Translations under genes and position numbers: made by a program
Shown: one piece after another, positions 21,001 to 29,353 of the stretch
Position numbering within the stretch: position 1 is the first letter of the stretch
Layout of the letters: each line of letters starts with the position of its first letter
IMG/VR virus record: IMGVR_UViG_3300010354_000051
Location: 54,720 to 118,719 of that record
Direction: 5' to 3' (one strand)
Length of the DNA: 64,000 nucleotides
Source: a virus
Notes under the pieces: generated by a model
Told to the model about the DNA's origin: nothing
Database searches by the model: none
The model's input: only the letters and a program-made list of their open reading frames with translations

Positions 21001-21233
21001 CGTATCCCGCAATTAGCCCGGACCATCCTCAAGCCTCATTTAGCAAAACCGGTCTGGTTAGTAGGATGACATCTCGATCCGTATTCAAAAACTCCGAAAT
21101 ACTTTGTGCGTCATTAGAAGACCCGTTTGATTACAGCGCTTGTATGTCACTTCTAAAGTGCAAGAGGTATGGTAAACTGTCCGGTTCGCTGAGTTTTTGT
21201 CCCGAGACTTTGATAGGAGGCAGGCTAGAATGA
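18099..21233 (+). CDS. Large helical late protein with Cys-rich C-terminus, function unknown
   Basis: 1044-aa ORF preceded by the late motif at 18069. Confidence 0.6.
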   Translation: MEVSSLVEERVSLIVTRAFDKYSKFNTGEEYKNLYSSTVRMTLEINSRIRDKKIPTILPLKTEILKAAYTFNFNISSLREIFSLVAEEVFVEAGADYSALFKAYVDRVIEGISDLDQFSRTSILEHLLQLEAYAPSDSPSPRARSSKTRLNKQNRQTASPVSSRIAKKFNSIYSEKVDLKIGDISNSYKDINSITSDSVVKEDEIEQTDIDLLGSTFAGEGKSIYQELITLYNAVVEFSGFQGSLSDSVEYFSTFSEFILAMAYGKKIESGILDDRFGKFNLIYEQDELSGLSFLNSLFKTQSANQDGNLHERFAKGVKNRYVRADQEVGMACLVLESIYSECLKIGDSIQSLIADPLPGIGNTTYLLSILSGIFPPSLEGRSREKGFTAGVYKLLLSYRKLLGLYGYEPKLPELTDNLVKISSVLLEFSNTVRSAGFRESNSAIVPNLALTYYDPSKIGIRQNLLRAGFTEPEVEEILSVKTFPELVNKFAPITDSQDVISFFRAYELTKLIYEFGGQEGVDAYISFLYGTDKSVIRLLGYLTKNRSLASTVIASDYPKLVGYLITLTYAVNPAELINLEKVLRNNRLNLLESVSYLLSKGENSVLKSKEDIDMLSAVAAQMVTTSSLDYSTHKPMWNRLIEESAGNAKREELEGVYNRLSGIIPEELNSILHTPSAFSPVGKLIDGVRGGNFTSLLRYCNIFGLLHSLSPYRNSGQLVNNHVSNYGRMVDFLSSLDKLSERLKLSGALLESYIDETPVTDIVLVQNKKFSAFVKLIDGTLTSAGNEAIMPSPGIGNSRIPNGVRVDNSLTPEEAQVVQTKGAGLGLFSQSNRNSEFSSFIRFAQSNILSMANLSQSELTALQSTSPQPAGSSASTEIYPKSVDYSDTYSPSTTSAVSLLNPPRFNSATSCKRFGGSSCPNESASICRTGYNKALEPEEGYGSTPGLGLSGVPIDRPLGAKISSARSYPAISPDHPQASFSKTGLVSRMTSRSVFKNSEILCASLEDPFDYSACMSLLKCKRYGKLSGSLSFCPETLIGGRLE

Positions 21234-22003
21234 AAAATAGATCAATGTGTTCGTTTTTCAAGACGAGCGGAAATGTAAACCTTTTGTCGTTTGGCACGTA
21301 TGGGGATTTTAACGGGGCGTTTGGGGAATCGGTCCGCAGATGTCATATTGACAAAGATTTTAACGACTCTTGCAAGGTTCATATTGAACTGGAGAATAGT
21401 GAGCCGATCGACCAGTTCAAACTAACCAATCAGAACTTGCTGACTTGGGATGACTATTGGATCGATTCAGATAGTGGGAAAATAATCGACCCGATGATGA
21501 AGTCGGTTAATTTACAAAGGAACGATTTAGTTTATGTAAATATGAGCTTGCACAGAGACAGCCTTGAGTCACTGAATCTGGAGGGGAATAACTCCCTACA
21601 GCATTTATACATTCACTCCGCTCCCAAGCTCTCCAGCCTTATTATTGACAACTGCACGTCACTCAGGTATATTTGTCTAGGGGAGAACAGATCTTTAACC
21701 CACATCAGTGCTAAGAATTGCGGATTGAGTTCGGATGCGTTAGAGCAGCTATTAAGGGATTTCCGCCCTACTATAGCTTATACCAGGCCGATAACAGGAG
21801 CAGGCCTATTTCGAAAGGCTCCGTCGACTCTTCTAGACCTGAGGGGGAATGTAATAGACTGGTCTAATCGTAAAATCTCCAGCAAAATCAGGCTACTCTT
21901 GACCAATCATTGGGAGGTCAGATGGGATAATCCACCCCCGACAGACATAATTCCGCTCCGCATGTATTCTTTTCCAGTTGAAAGCAGAATAGCATTAAAC
22001 TAA
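21230..22003 (+). CDS. LRR-containing protein
   Basis: LESLNLEGNNSLQHLYIHSAPKLSSLIIDNCTSLRYICLGENRSLTHISAKNCGL; ATG at 21230 overlaps the upstream stop. Confidence 0.65.
   Translation: MKNRSMCSFFKTSGNVNLLSFGTYGDFNGAFGESVRRCHIDKDFNDSCKVHIELENSEPIDQFKLTNQNLLTWDDYWIDSDSGKIIDPMMKSVNLQRNDLVYVNMSLHRDSLESLNLEGNNSLQHLYIHSAPKLSSLIIDNCTSLRYICLGENRSLTHISAKNCGLSSDALEQLLRDFRPTIAYTRPITGAGLFRKAPSTLLDLRGNVIDWSNRKISSKIRLLLTNHWEVRWDNPPPTDIIPLRMYSFPVESRIALN
21977..21985 (+). promoter_or_regulatory. Putative late promoter motif GTTGAAAGC
   Basis: Upstream of ATG 22010. Confidence 0.6.
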
Positions 22004-22009
22004 CATAGC

Positions 22010-22909
22010 ATGGCCGATCTGCGAGCTAGATTTCTTGAAGATTATGCTGGCGGATTGCTAAATGTCGCCAGACAAGAACTTTCTAGCACGGGAGAAGTAC
22101 TGGCTCAGGATGGGTTTGTAGACGGGTTAACTCTTTTCGTAGAAGACGGTAGAGGAGTTAAAAGCGGCTTAAAACTAGGGGCGGGGTTGGTAGAGTGTAT
22201 CGACCCTGAAACTGACTCTGGCGTACTAAACTTTAGAACGGCAGAAAGGACGTTTGCAAAGGTACGAGACCTGAAAACGTTTTCTACCGCATTGGCTTCG
22301 GCCCAAGCCGCTCTTTCTGAGTCAGTGGCAGAGTCGATCAGCAACCTGGAAAGCGCATTCGAATCTTTGGAATTTGACTTTCAGTCTCAGCAAAACCAGC
22401 TATCATTGTATTCCGACAGTACTAACTCGTCACTAGAAACGATTAACTCAACGCTGACCACTCTTCAATCCGACTTATCAGAAACCAAGTCGGAACTCTC
22501 CACTCTAACTTTTGAAGTAAACTCTATAAAGGAAGTGATTAATAAAAAGGGATTAGAGACACAAGAGCAGGTTATTTCTAGCACTAGCCCGGAGATAAAT
22601 AATGACGCCCACTCTAATCTAGAATTGGTAATGAGCAGATATTACGGCTTGTTGTATGTCACTACCAATGTTCCGGCCTGGGTTACAATATACACATCAC
22701 CCGCCGCTAGAGATCTCGATACCCGGACCTCAGTTACTACGGCAACAGGAGTTGTAGCTGATATTGTAACTAGCTCGGGCAATCTTATTAAACAACTGGC
22801 TCCGGCTCTTGTTGGTTACAGCAATTCGTCTACTGTCTATCTCCGTGTTCGTAACAAAAGCGGAGTTAGCAGCAAAATCTCCACAGAACTTCGTTACATT
22901 AATCTGTAG
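22010..22909 (+). CDS. Coiled-coil fibre-like virion protein
   Basis: Heptad-rich central region and beta-rich C-terminal domain; late motif at 21977. Confidence 0.55.
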   Translation: MADLRARFLEDYAGGLLNVARQELSSTGEVLAQDGFVDGLTLFVEDGRGVKSGLKLGAGLVECIDPETDSGVLNFRTAERTFAKVRDLKTFSTALASAQAALSESVAESISNLESAFESLEFDFQSQQNQLSLYSDSTNSSLETINSTLTTLQSDLSETKSELSTLTFEVNSIKEVINKKGLETQEQVISSTSPEINNDAHSNLELVMSRYYGLLYVTTNVPAWVTIYTSPAARDLDTRTSVTTATGVVADIVTSSGNLIKQLAPALVGYSNSSTVYLRVRNKSGVSSKISTELRYINL

Positions 22910-23294
22910 AAGAATCGGATAAGGACTCCATAACAGACTTTATAGAGGAGTCTGTCAATCTAACAGCAACAATCGGACCGATTTTTCTAAAGATATAAAA
23001 CAAAATTCCCGCTTCTCTCTCTTGTTCGGTTAAGAACAGTGAGCGGAAAGTTTTTGAGTGTATGTCCTCTCCGCCCAGCATGTCAAAAACTGTAGATTTA
23101 TCGAAAATCCAAGAGCAGGAAGATCGGTCCGCAGTCGCTATGTACAGGGCGAAGGGGTTTCGGGTATCGAGAACGTTCTGAAGGTTTTTCAGAATCTGTT
23201 CAGTTTTCCCGGTCCGCTTAAGGGTTCGGGCCAGGAGATTAGTCTCGGACGAGTTGTCAAACACGAAACGATCTGGATGGGGAATTGGGGTCAA
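22899..23294 (-). CDS. Hypothetical protein
   Basis: 131-aa ORF with ATG start. Confidence 0.5.
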   Translation of the reverse strand: MTPIPHPDRFVFDNSSETNLLARTLKRTGKTEQILKNLQNVLDTRNPFALYIATADRSSCSWIFDKSTVFDMLGGEDIHSKTFRSLFLTEQEREAGILFYIFRKIGPIVAVRLTDSSIKSVMESLSDSSTD

Positions 23295-23562
23295 AACCGA
23301 TTCTTTCGGCGATTGACCGGTTCATTAACCTTTGAATTTTTTTATCGTCAGAGGTAAGGATCACCCGATTGCTTTTGAATCCGGGGCGAGTCTTGATTTC
23401 AGGGCACCCATCGGATTCTTCTGCAGCTTTGACAACCTGTTCCTCTGATAGGTCGCTGGACTTCTGCTGTTCGGGGCAAGGGCTGCTCTTTGAGTTGGAC
23501 AGACTGTTGTCTTCTTGCCCATTCGTGCCAGGCTGCGATTTGCGATTTGCTGAAGTTGGCAT
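23257..23562 (-). CDS. Hypothetical protein
   Basis: 101-aa ORF; late motif at 23588. Confidence 0.5.
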   Translation of the reverse strand: MPTSANRKSQPGTNGQEDNSLSNSKSSPCPEQQKSSDLSEEQVVKAAEESDGCPEIKTRPGFKSNRVILTSDDKKIQRLMNRSIAERIGFDPNSPSRSFRV

Positions 23563-23587
23563 TTGACATTCTGATACGGCTTACCTA

Positions 23588-23596
23588 GCTTTCAAC
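23588..23596 (-). promoter_or_regulatory. Putative late promoter motif GTTGAAAGC
   Basis: Upstream of ATG 23562. Confidence 0.6.
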
Positions 23597-24659
23597 CCAG
23601 TTCATACCAACCATTGCCATACAAGGAATGGGCCTGTTTGAAGATTTTGGAATACTTCTGACCACAGACCTCCAGGCTATATTTTGACCGAGCGATATTG
23701 GCTATATTACCTCGGTCCAGATCACTGACTTTCTCAATAGCCTCTAGCCAATCTGCTAACGTATGACACCTGAACCCCATCCCATCTTGAACAGTTTCAG
23801 TCATAGCCCCGTAATCTACACTAATAACAGGAGTGCCACACAACATAGCCTCTACTGACATGCCACAGAACGGCTCGACAAATATAGAAGGGGCTAGCAG
23901 AGCTTTGGCAGAACCGAGAAAATTACTCCTGGCTCTACCACTTATAGGTGGCATATAAGTTATGTTGGGGTGTTTCCACCTATCCAGATTACCCTGTCCA
24001 CAGACAACAATAGGGACCGAGCTGTTATCAGCAATAGCCCGGATTGTGTCAAAGCCTTTAATCTCGGTTATCCTTCCCAAAAATGCCAGATAATCACCGT
24101 GGCTGGTGTTGACTTTCCAGTCATCTAAATCGTAATAATTCGGGACTACCCATTCAAAATTATGTCCGTGCCTTTTCTCCATGCCAAGATGATAGTGCAT
24201 CCAGGCATAGGACTCATAGATTTTCAAGCTAGTGGGCATTAAGGTAGTATAGCCTATTCCTGTTTCTATGTGTAGGTTATTGGGGAAAATTTCCAACAAG
24301 GTCTGATGAGCATGACCGAATGGGTGACAGATTATGTCCTCTTCCTCTACCCTGCCTATCATCTCCCTAATGAGTTTTTGCTGAAAAAGGGTGTGACCTG
24401 GACTACCAATATTAGCCCTATCTCCAAAAAACTCCTGTTCAGAATTTAGGCCATAGAACTGCCTAAACTCGTCTTCTGTCAATATCTCAATTTTCTCTTC
24501 AGCTCCTGATTCCGATCCAGCATTGCTATACTCGATGACTTGATGACCGGCTCTGGCCATCATTTTCGGGAACCTGAGAGCTTTCCCTGTGAAAGCGCAA
24601 TGGGAGTAGGAGCTGGAGTGGACGGTATGAAAAATACCGATTAGGTGGAGTTTTGGCAA
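23592..24659 (-). CDS. Glycosyltransferase, GT-B fold (GT4-like)
   Basis: YLAFLGRITEIKG, ALLAPSIFVEPFCGMSVEAMLCGTPVISVDYGAMTETV (EX7E motif). Confidence 0.9.
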   Translation of the reverse strand: MPKLHLIGIFHTVHSSSYSHCAFTGKALRFPKMMARAGHQVIEYSNAGSESGAEEKIEILTEDEFRQFYGLNSEQEFFGDRANIGSPGHTLFQQKLIREMIGRVEEEDIICHPFGHAHQTLLEIFPNNLHIETGIGYTTLMPTSLKIYESYAWMHYHLGMEKRHGHNFEWVVPNYYDLDDWKVNTSHGDYLAFLGRITEIKGFDTIRAIADNSSVPIVVCGQGNLDRWKHPNITYMPPISGRARSNFLGSAKALLAPSIFVEPFCGMSVEAMLCGTPVISVDYGAMTETVQDGMGFRCHTLADWLEAIEKVSDLDRGNIANIARSKYSLEVCGQKYSKIFKQAHSLYGNGWYELG

Positions 24660-24670
24660 TGGTTTAAGGG

Positions 24671-24853
24671 CTAGTCAATACCTGTTCCCAAGAATTCTAC
24701 CGCTTCAGTTTTAGAATCGAACCATCTCCATCCGCCAACTGGATATTGGTATGTGTCGTGGAGGTCAGAGAGCAGATTGTAATCAGCGTGGGATACTTCT
24801 GTAGAAGCGTATAGGAGTACGCCTTGGTCAAGTTTATAAAAACCGGGTTTCAT
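24671..24853 (-). CDS. Small tail-fibre-associated hypothetical protein
   Basis: 60 aa (GFYKLD...YQYPVGGWRWFDS), directly downstream of the fibre gene. Confidence 0.55.
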   Translation of the reverse strand: MKPGFYKLDQGVLLYASTEVSHADYNLLSDLHDTYQYPVGGWRWFDSKTEAVEFLGTGID

Positions 24854-24865
24854 TGGGGGATAGGG

Positions 24866-27562
24866 TTAGAGGACCAGAGCCCAGTTTTTAAGTAGGGCAT
24901 TGGCCGTATCCAGGGTGCGGAAAGACAAGCTGCTGTTGGAGGCAGTGCTGGCGCAAGGTGTGCTTAGTGTTATGGATACGTTCGGGTTAATATTAGTAAT
25001 GTAGTTGGCATATCTGACCACTACTGTGCCGTTACTGCCAGTTAAATCTATAGCGGCTCCGTTCAAAGTAAGGGATATTTGGAATGTGTCGGCGGTTGAG
25101 TTAACAACGTAGTAAGGAGTCCAGGTACTGATGCCTGTCGTAGTACCTATTGATGAAAAACTGACCACGGTTCCGTTACTAAGACCGTGGCTGGTGTATG
25201 TAAGTGTATCGGCTGTTGTGCTAGAAGTAGCGGATATGCCAGTAGTTATACCGGTTCCAGTGCCAGAGTGTAAAATCATGCCAGTGCTGAGTCCGCTAGT
25301 ATCGCTAAGGCTTATAGTGCTAGATCTTAGTGTTAAGTTTGCTGTTTTAGTTGTTAATGTACCTACCCCATAATTACTCGCGATGGTGAGAGTTTGAGAA
25401 GTGGTTACGGTAGGCAAGTTAGAAAATACTTCTTCTAGAGCGGTTTTAGACAACCTGTTGCCTACTAAAGAGAAAGAAAAACGGAAATTTTTTGCTTGAA
25501 CTCTGCCATTAGAGTTACAGGTTAGGACAAAGTTTGTAAAGTTTGCGCTGGAGGAAACTGAAGTTACAACTAGAGCTGGGATAGAACTTAAAGATGTACA
25601 TCCGCTAAACATAGAGTTTACCGTAGTTACAGAAGAAGTATCTAGCAGAGGTACTGTTCTTAAGAATGAGCAGGCACTGAACATGCTAGCCATAGTGGTA
25701 ACTAGAGAAGTATTGAATAGGGGTACACCTCTTAGGCTTTGGCAGAAAGTGAACATATTATTCATAGCAGTAACCGCCGCAGTATTGAATAAAGGGACAG
25801 ATTGCAGCCGGTAACAGTTCTGGAACATGCTAGCCATAGAGGTTACCAAGGCTGTATTAAACAATGGTACGGATTCAATTTGAGTACAGCCAGAAAACAT
25901 GCTGGCCATGGTGGTGACTAAAGCCGTATTAAACGCTGGTATTGATTTCAAGGAATAGCAGGCGTTGAACATGGAAGACATGTTCGTTACCGATACTGTA
26001 TTTAATAACGGCACAGATTCTAATTTACCACACCCGCTGAATGTACTGGCCATAGTTGTGACCAAAGGAGTGTTCAAGGCAGGTATAGAGCGAATGGAAG
26101 AACATCCGGAAAATGTGCTAGCCATAGTGGTAACCAAAGAAGTATCTAGTTCTGGTAGTTCTAATAGGCTATTACAGTTCTGGAACATGCTAGACATATC
26201 AGTTACTTTTGAAGTGTTGAAACAAGGTATATAACTTAGCGATCTACAGCCCAAGAACATGCTAGCCATAGTAGTAACTTCAGTAGTATTGAAAAATGGG
26301 ACTGATCTCAGGGCAGTACAGCCATTAAACATACCACTCATATCCGTAACCAGACCCGTGTCAAAAAACGGGCAAGTGGTTAAGGAAGAACATGCTGCAA
26401 ACATATTCTTCATAGTTGTTACTTTGCCGGTTTTAAATTGTGGAACGTAAGACAGAGCTGACAGAACAGAGCTAGAGCAGTTAAACATGCCCTCCATTGT
26501 CGTGGCGTTTTGCGTATTGAATTCGGGCACTGTCACTAGTGAATAACAGTTAGCGAACATATTGCTGAAAATAACCCCAGATGAAGTATTATAAGCCGGA
26601 ACATATTTTAAAGGGGCACAGCCCGAGAACATAGATTGGAAATTAGTTACTGAAGACGTGTCAAAAAACGGTGCGTAATTGATCCCAGATACAAAAAACA
26701 TATAACTTACATCGGTAACATTTTGAGTGTTAGCTTCTATAGATACCGACCTTAAAGCCGGGCAATTCGCGAGTAAATAGGTGAAAGAGGTTATTGAACC
26801 CATAGATAATAGGTTTACCCTTTCTATATAAGTATGCCTTATAGCTCCTAAAGATAATGTATTGATACTAGGCCCGCTAATTGCTAAATCTAACCAGGAC
26901 GTTGTTCGGTTAGCAGCTAGAGTGTTAGACGGGTGAGTAGTGGTAAAATCAACAGAAGTTAAATTCTGTCCGGATTGTGGGGTGATAGTTACTGTTGCTA
27001 TTTTATAGGGGAGTAGGGAGGCTGAACCATTAGTGGAGAAGGTTATGACTGATCCGCCCTCTTCTAAAGAGATTTGAAATGAGCTAGAAGTTGAGTTTAC
27101 AACATAGTAGAATTGATCCTCTGTAATATATGTCGCTGTTACCAGTCGATAGAATCTTACTCTATCCCCATTAACATATCCATGCGACGCTCTCTGTACT
27201 GTACTGCCAGCACTATTAAATGTTACAGTAGCGTCATACAGATTAGCGCTATTAAAATTATATTCGTAGTCTCTTTGAACTCCGGCGGAGACGTTAGCCA
27301 CAGTCCCATCGCCTTGGTCAATTGTATAGTCTCCAGACACCAGGACCGAGAAAAAGTTCCCCAGGCCGGTAGTTCCGTCCCCTGGCAAAACAGCATAGAG
27401 TCCGGTTACGGTTTGAGAAGTAGGGTCTGGTTGAGTTAATACCGGCCAGGCCTGATTTCTAACCCAGGTATTCGTGGAGTCTATTGAGTAGACATAGTCT
27501 TCATAGCCTTTTCGTAGGTTTCTTGAATGTACTGTTAAGCCTTGAACATTCCTAGCGCTCAT
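24866..27562 (-). CDS. BspA/DUF285-type 22-aa repeat surface or tail-fibre protein
   Basis: Many tandem FNTxxVTxMxxMFxxCxxLxxVP repeats (66-nt period), flanked by two copies of an HGxxNG...YYVVNST..FQISL module. Confidence 0.85.
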   Translation of the reverse strand: MSARNVQGLTVHSRNLRKGYEDYVYSIDSTNTWVRNQAWPVLTQPDPTSQTVTGLYAVLPGDGTTGLGNFFSVLVSGDYTIDQGDGTVANVSAGVQRDYEYNFNSANLYDATVTFNSAGSTVQRASHGYVNGDRVRFYRLVTATYITEDQFYYVVNSTSSSFQISLEEGGSVITFSTNGSASLLPYKIATVTITPQSGQNLTSVDFTTTHPSNTLAANRTTSWLDLAISGPSINTLSLGAIRHTYIERVNLLSMGSITSFTYLLANCPALRSVSIEANTQNVTDVSYMFFVSGINYAPFFDTSSVTNFQSMFSGCAPLKYVPAYNTSSGVIFSNMFANCYSLVTVPEFNTQNATTMEGMFNCSSSVLSALSYVPQFKTGKVTTMKNMFAACSSLTTCPFFDTGLVTDMSGMFNGCTALRSVPFFNTTEVTTMASMFLGCRSLSYIPCFNTSKVTDMSSMFQNCNSLLELPELDTSLVTTMASTFSGCSSIRSIPALNTPLVTTMASTFSGCGKLESVPLLNTVSVTNMSSMFNACYSLKSIPAFNTALVTTMASMFSGCTQIESVPLFNTALVTSMASMFQNCYRLQSVPLFNTAAVTAMNNMFTFCQSLRGVPLFNTSLVTTMASMFSACSFLRTVPLLDTSSVTTVNSMFSGCTSLSSIPALVVTSVSSSANFTNFVLTCNSNGRVQAKNFRFSFSLVGNRLSKTALEEVFSNLPTVTTSQTLTIASNYGVGTLTTKTANLTLRSSTISLSDTSGLSTGMILHSGTGTGITTGISATSSTTADTLTYTSHGLSNGTVVSFSSIGTTTGISTWTPYYVVNSTADTFQISLTLNGAAIDLTGSNGTVVVRYANYITNINPNVSITLSTPCASTASNSSLSFRTLDTANALLKNWALVL

Positions 27563-27888
27563 CAGACAATCTCCGACCCGAATAGACAGAAACTAAGATT
27601 AGACGTACTTGAATAGACCGTGACAACATCCGTAGCAGCTAAAGTTATTCCTAAGGTGAGAAATAACGAGTCATACTGTTCAACATAGTTATCATAAACA
27701 ATGTAGTGTTTGTTAGCCAGAGTTTCGCCAGCCGGCCTAACAGCCACTCTGAATGTGGCAGAAGCCCCTCTGTTACAAACAGACAATGTTGAAATTACTG
27801 AACTGGTTGAAGCCGGTACAGTGTATATATCTGAAGTGGTTGTAGCTGCAGGGGAATTCTGAGCGAGAACTTTGTAATTAATAGCCAT
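27562..27888 (-). CDS. Small beta-sandwich virion protein
   Basis: MAINYKVLAQNSPAATT..DIYTVP..VISTLSVCNR...LTLGITLAATDVVTVY, a pattern common in freshwater phages. Confidence 0.6.
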   Translation of the reverse strand: MAINYKVLAQNSPAATTTSDIYTVPASTSSVISTLSVCNRGASATFRVAVRPAGETLANKHYIVYDNYVEQYDSLFLTLGITLAATDVVTVYSSTSNLSFCLFGSEIV

Positions 27889-27889
27889 T

Positions 27890-28285
27890 TTATGCCCCTA
27901 TGAGTAGGAATTGATTTAGTATGGCGTCGGCAAGACCTGGGCCGGTGGGTCCGATAGGCCCGGTGGCACCAGTTGCGCCAGCCCCTGTAGGTCCGATAGG
28001 CCCGGTAGCCCCAGTTGCACCCACTCCCGTAGGTCCGATAGGGCCTGTAGCCCCGGTTATTGACGGGCCAGTAGGTCCGATAGGTCCGGTAGCCCCAGTT
28101 ACACCTACTCCAGTAGCCCCGGCAGGCCCTGTCGGGCCGATTGAACCGACTCCAGTCGGGCCAGTAGCACCAATTAGGTATTCTACTTGGCTAACTCCAG
28201 TCGCACCTAGAAAGCAATTGCTCAGATCTCTGGATTTTCTGATCCCTCCACAACCAGGACCGCTTTTGGGGGAAAATTGACCCAT
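27890..28285 (-). CDS. Collagen-like (Gly-X-Y) fibre protein
   Basis: GATGPTGVG / GPIGPTG repeats; late motif at 28307. Confidence 0.8.
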   Translation of the reverse strand: MGQFSPKSGPGCGGIRKSRDLSNCFLGATGVSQVEYLIGATGPTGVGSIGPTGPAGATGVGVTGATGPIGPTGPSITGATGPIGPTGVGATGATGPIGPTGAGATGATGPIGPTGPGLADAILNQFLLIGA

Positions 28286-28306
28286 CGTGTTAGTAAGCCT
28301 CTAGAG

Positions 28307-28315
28307 GCTTTCAAC
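28307..28315 (-). promoter_or_regulatory. Putative late promoter motif GTTGAAAGC
   Basis: Upstream of the collagen-like gene. Confidence 0.65.
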
Positions 28316-28321
28316 AAAACC

Positions 28322-29161
28322 TTAAAAAATTAACACTCTTCTTCGAGAATAACTGTCTAGTATTGTGTCCGTGAAACTGACATAGACTGGGGAGGTATTG
28401 GCGGATAAGATACGGCTTGTGATGAGAGACGGGGCAGTAGCAGATATATTAAAATTAGCGCTGGGCGCACTTATAACCCGGTTAAATATCAAAGTGACAG
28501 AATTGACCTGCACTTCAAAATTTACCGAATTCGCTAGTATTTTTCGGCTTGCGAGAAGAGATTGGTTGGGGGTAGTCAGATTGTAATAAGAGCTTTCCGT
28601 TGTTAGTTTACGTTTGGCTGATAAGCCAATATTCTGCACACTGAGGGTATAACTGGTGCTGTTTGAAAAAAGTCTTCTGCCAGCTAGAATACCTGTAGAT
28701 GTTCCGGTCAGTGAATAGCTTCTCGTATCAGATTTTAGCCTTCTACTAGCTAACAACCTGACAGAGGAGACGTTCAGTGTAAAAATTCCCGGACTCAAAG
28801 ATAGTTTTCTATTTGCTAACAACCTTGAGTTCGACCCGGATAGTGAATAGCTTCTCGTATCAGATCTGAGACGCCTGTTAGCTAGCAATCCGGCAGCGGA
28901 TGTGCCCAGTGCAAAACTCCTCGGGCTCAGAATAATTTTTCTGCCCGCCAAAGTATCAACAGTTCTACCCGTGAAGGTAAACGACCTGACCTCTGCGGTC
29001 ATGGAGTATTGAGAGCCGCCACCAATTCCAACGAAAGGTTGAGCTAGATATGCTATGTCTAAACTCTCGCTACTTAACCCCTTAGATTCAACTAGGCAAA
29101 ACGGTTGGCCTAAGTAGACATAGTCTAAAGTACCTAGGTCATTTTTGCTTGGTAAAGGCAT
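28322..29161 (-). CDS. Beta-repeat virion protein (about 22-aa repeats)
   Basis: Repeats such as LLANRRLRSDTRSYSLSG; DNA repeat gaatagcttctcgtatcaga recurs 132 nt apart. Confidence 0.6.
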   Translation of the reverse strand: MPLPSKNDLGTLDYVYLGQPFCLVESKGLSSESLDIAYLAQPFVGIGGGSQYSMTAEVRSFTFTGRTVDTLAGRKIILSPRSFALGTSAAGLLANRRLRSDTRSYSLSGSNSRLLANRKLSLSPGIFTLNVSSVRLLASRRLKSDTRSYSLTGTSTGILAGRRLFSNSTSYTLSVQNIGLSAKRKLTTESSYYNLTTPNQSLLASRKILANSVNFEVQVNSVTLIFNRVISAPSANFNISATAPSLITSRILSANTSPVYVSFTDTILDSYSRRRVLIF

Positions 29162-29168
29162 ATACTAC

Positions 29169-29348
29169 TTACACCTCGGGGGTCTCAAGCTCCCTGTTTC
29201 TTACAAACTCCAGAGCTATTTCTTGTATACTTTCCATTGTAGGGAAATCTTCGAACTTAAAAAATACAGACTCGTGGTCTGATATGCAAACACGGGCATA
29301 CCATCTGTTCGCCAGGTCTTGCTCTACAGAATGAACTCGGAAAGCCAT
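29169..29348 (-). CDS. Small hypothetical protein (59 aa; missed by the track)
   Basis: MAFRVHSVEQDLANRWYARVCISDHESVFFKFEDFPTMESIQEIALEFVRNRELETPEV exactly fills the gap between two fibre genes. Confidence 0.65.
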   Translation of the reverse strand: MAFRVHSVEQDLANRWYARVCISDHESVFFKFEDFPTMESIQEIALEFVRNRELETPEV

Positions 29349-29353
29349 GGTAG

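Noticed and set aside
18099-21233. Tape measure protein call
   Set aside because: Lacks the Ala/Gly-rich periodicity and TM segments expected of a TMP and has a Cys-rich tail; left as unknown
27921-28280. Pro-rich plus-strand ORF
   Set aside because: Antisense shadow of the collagen GXY repeats
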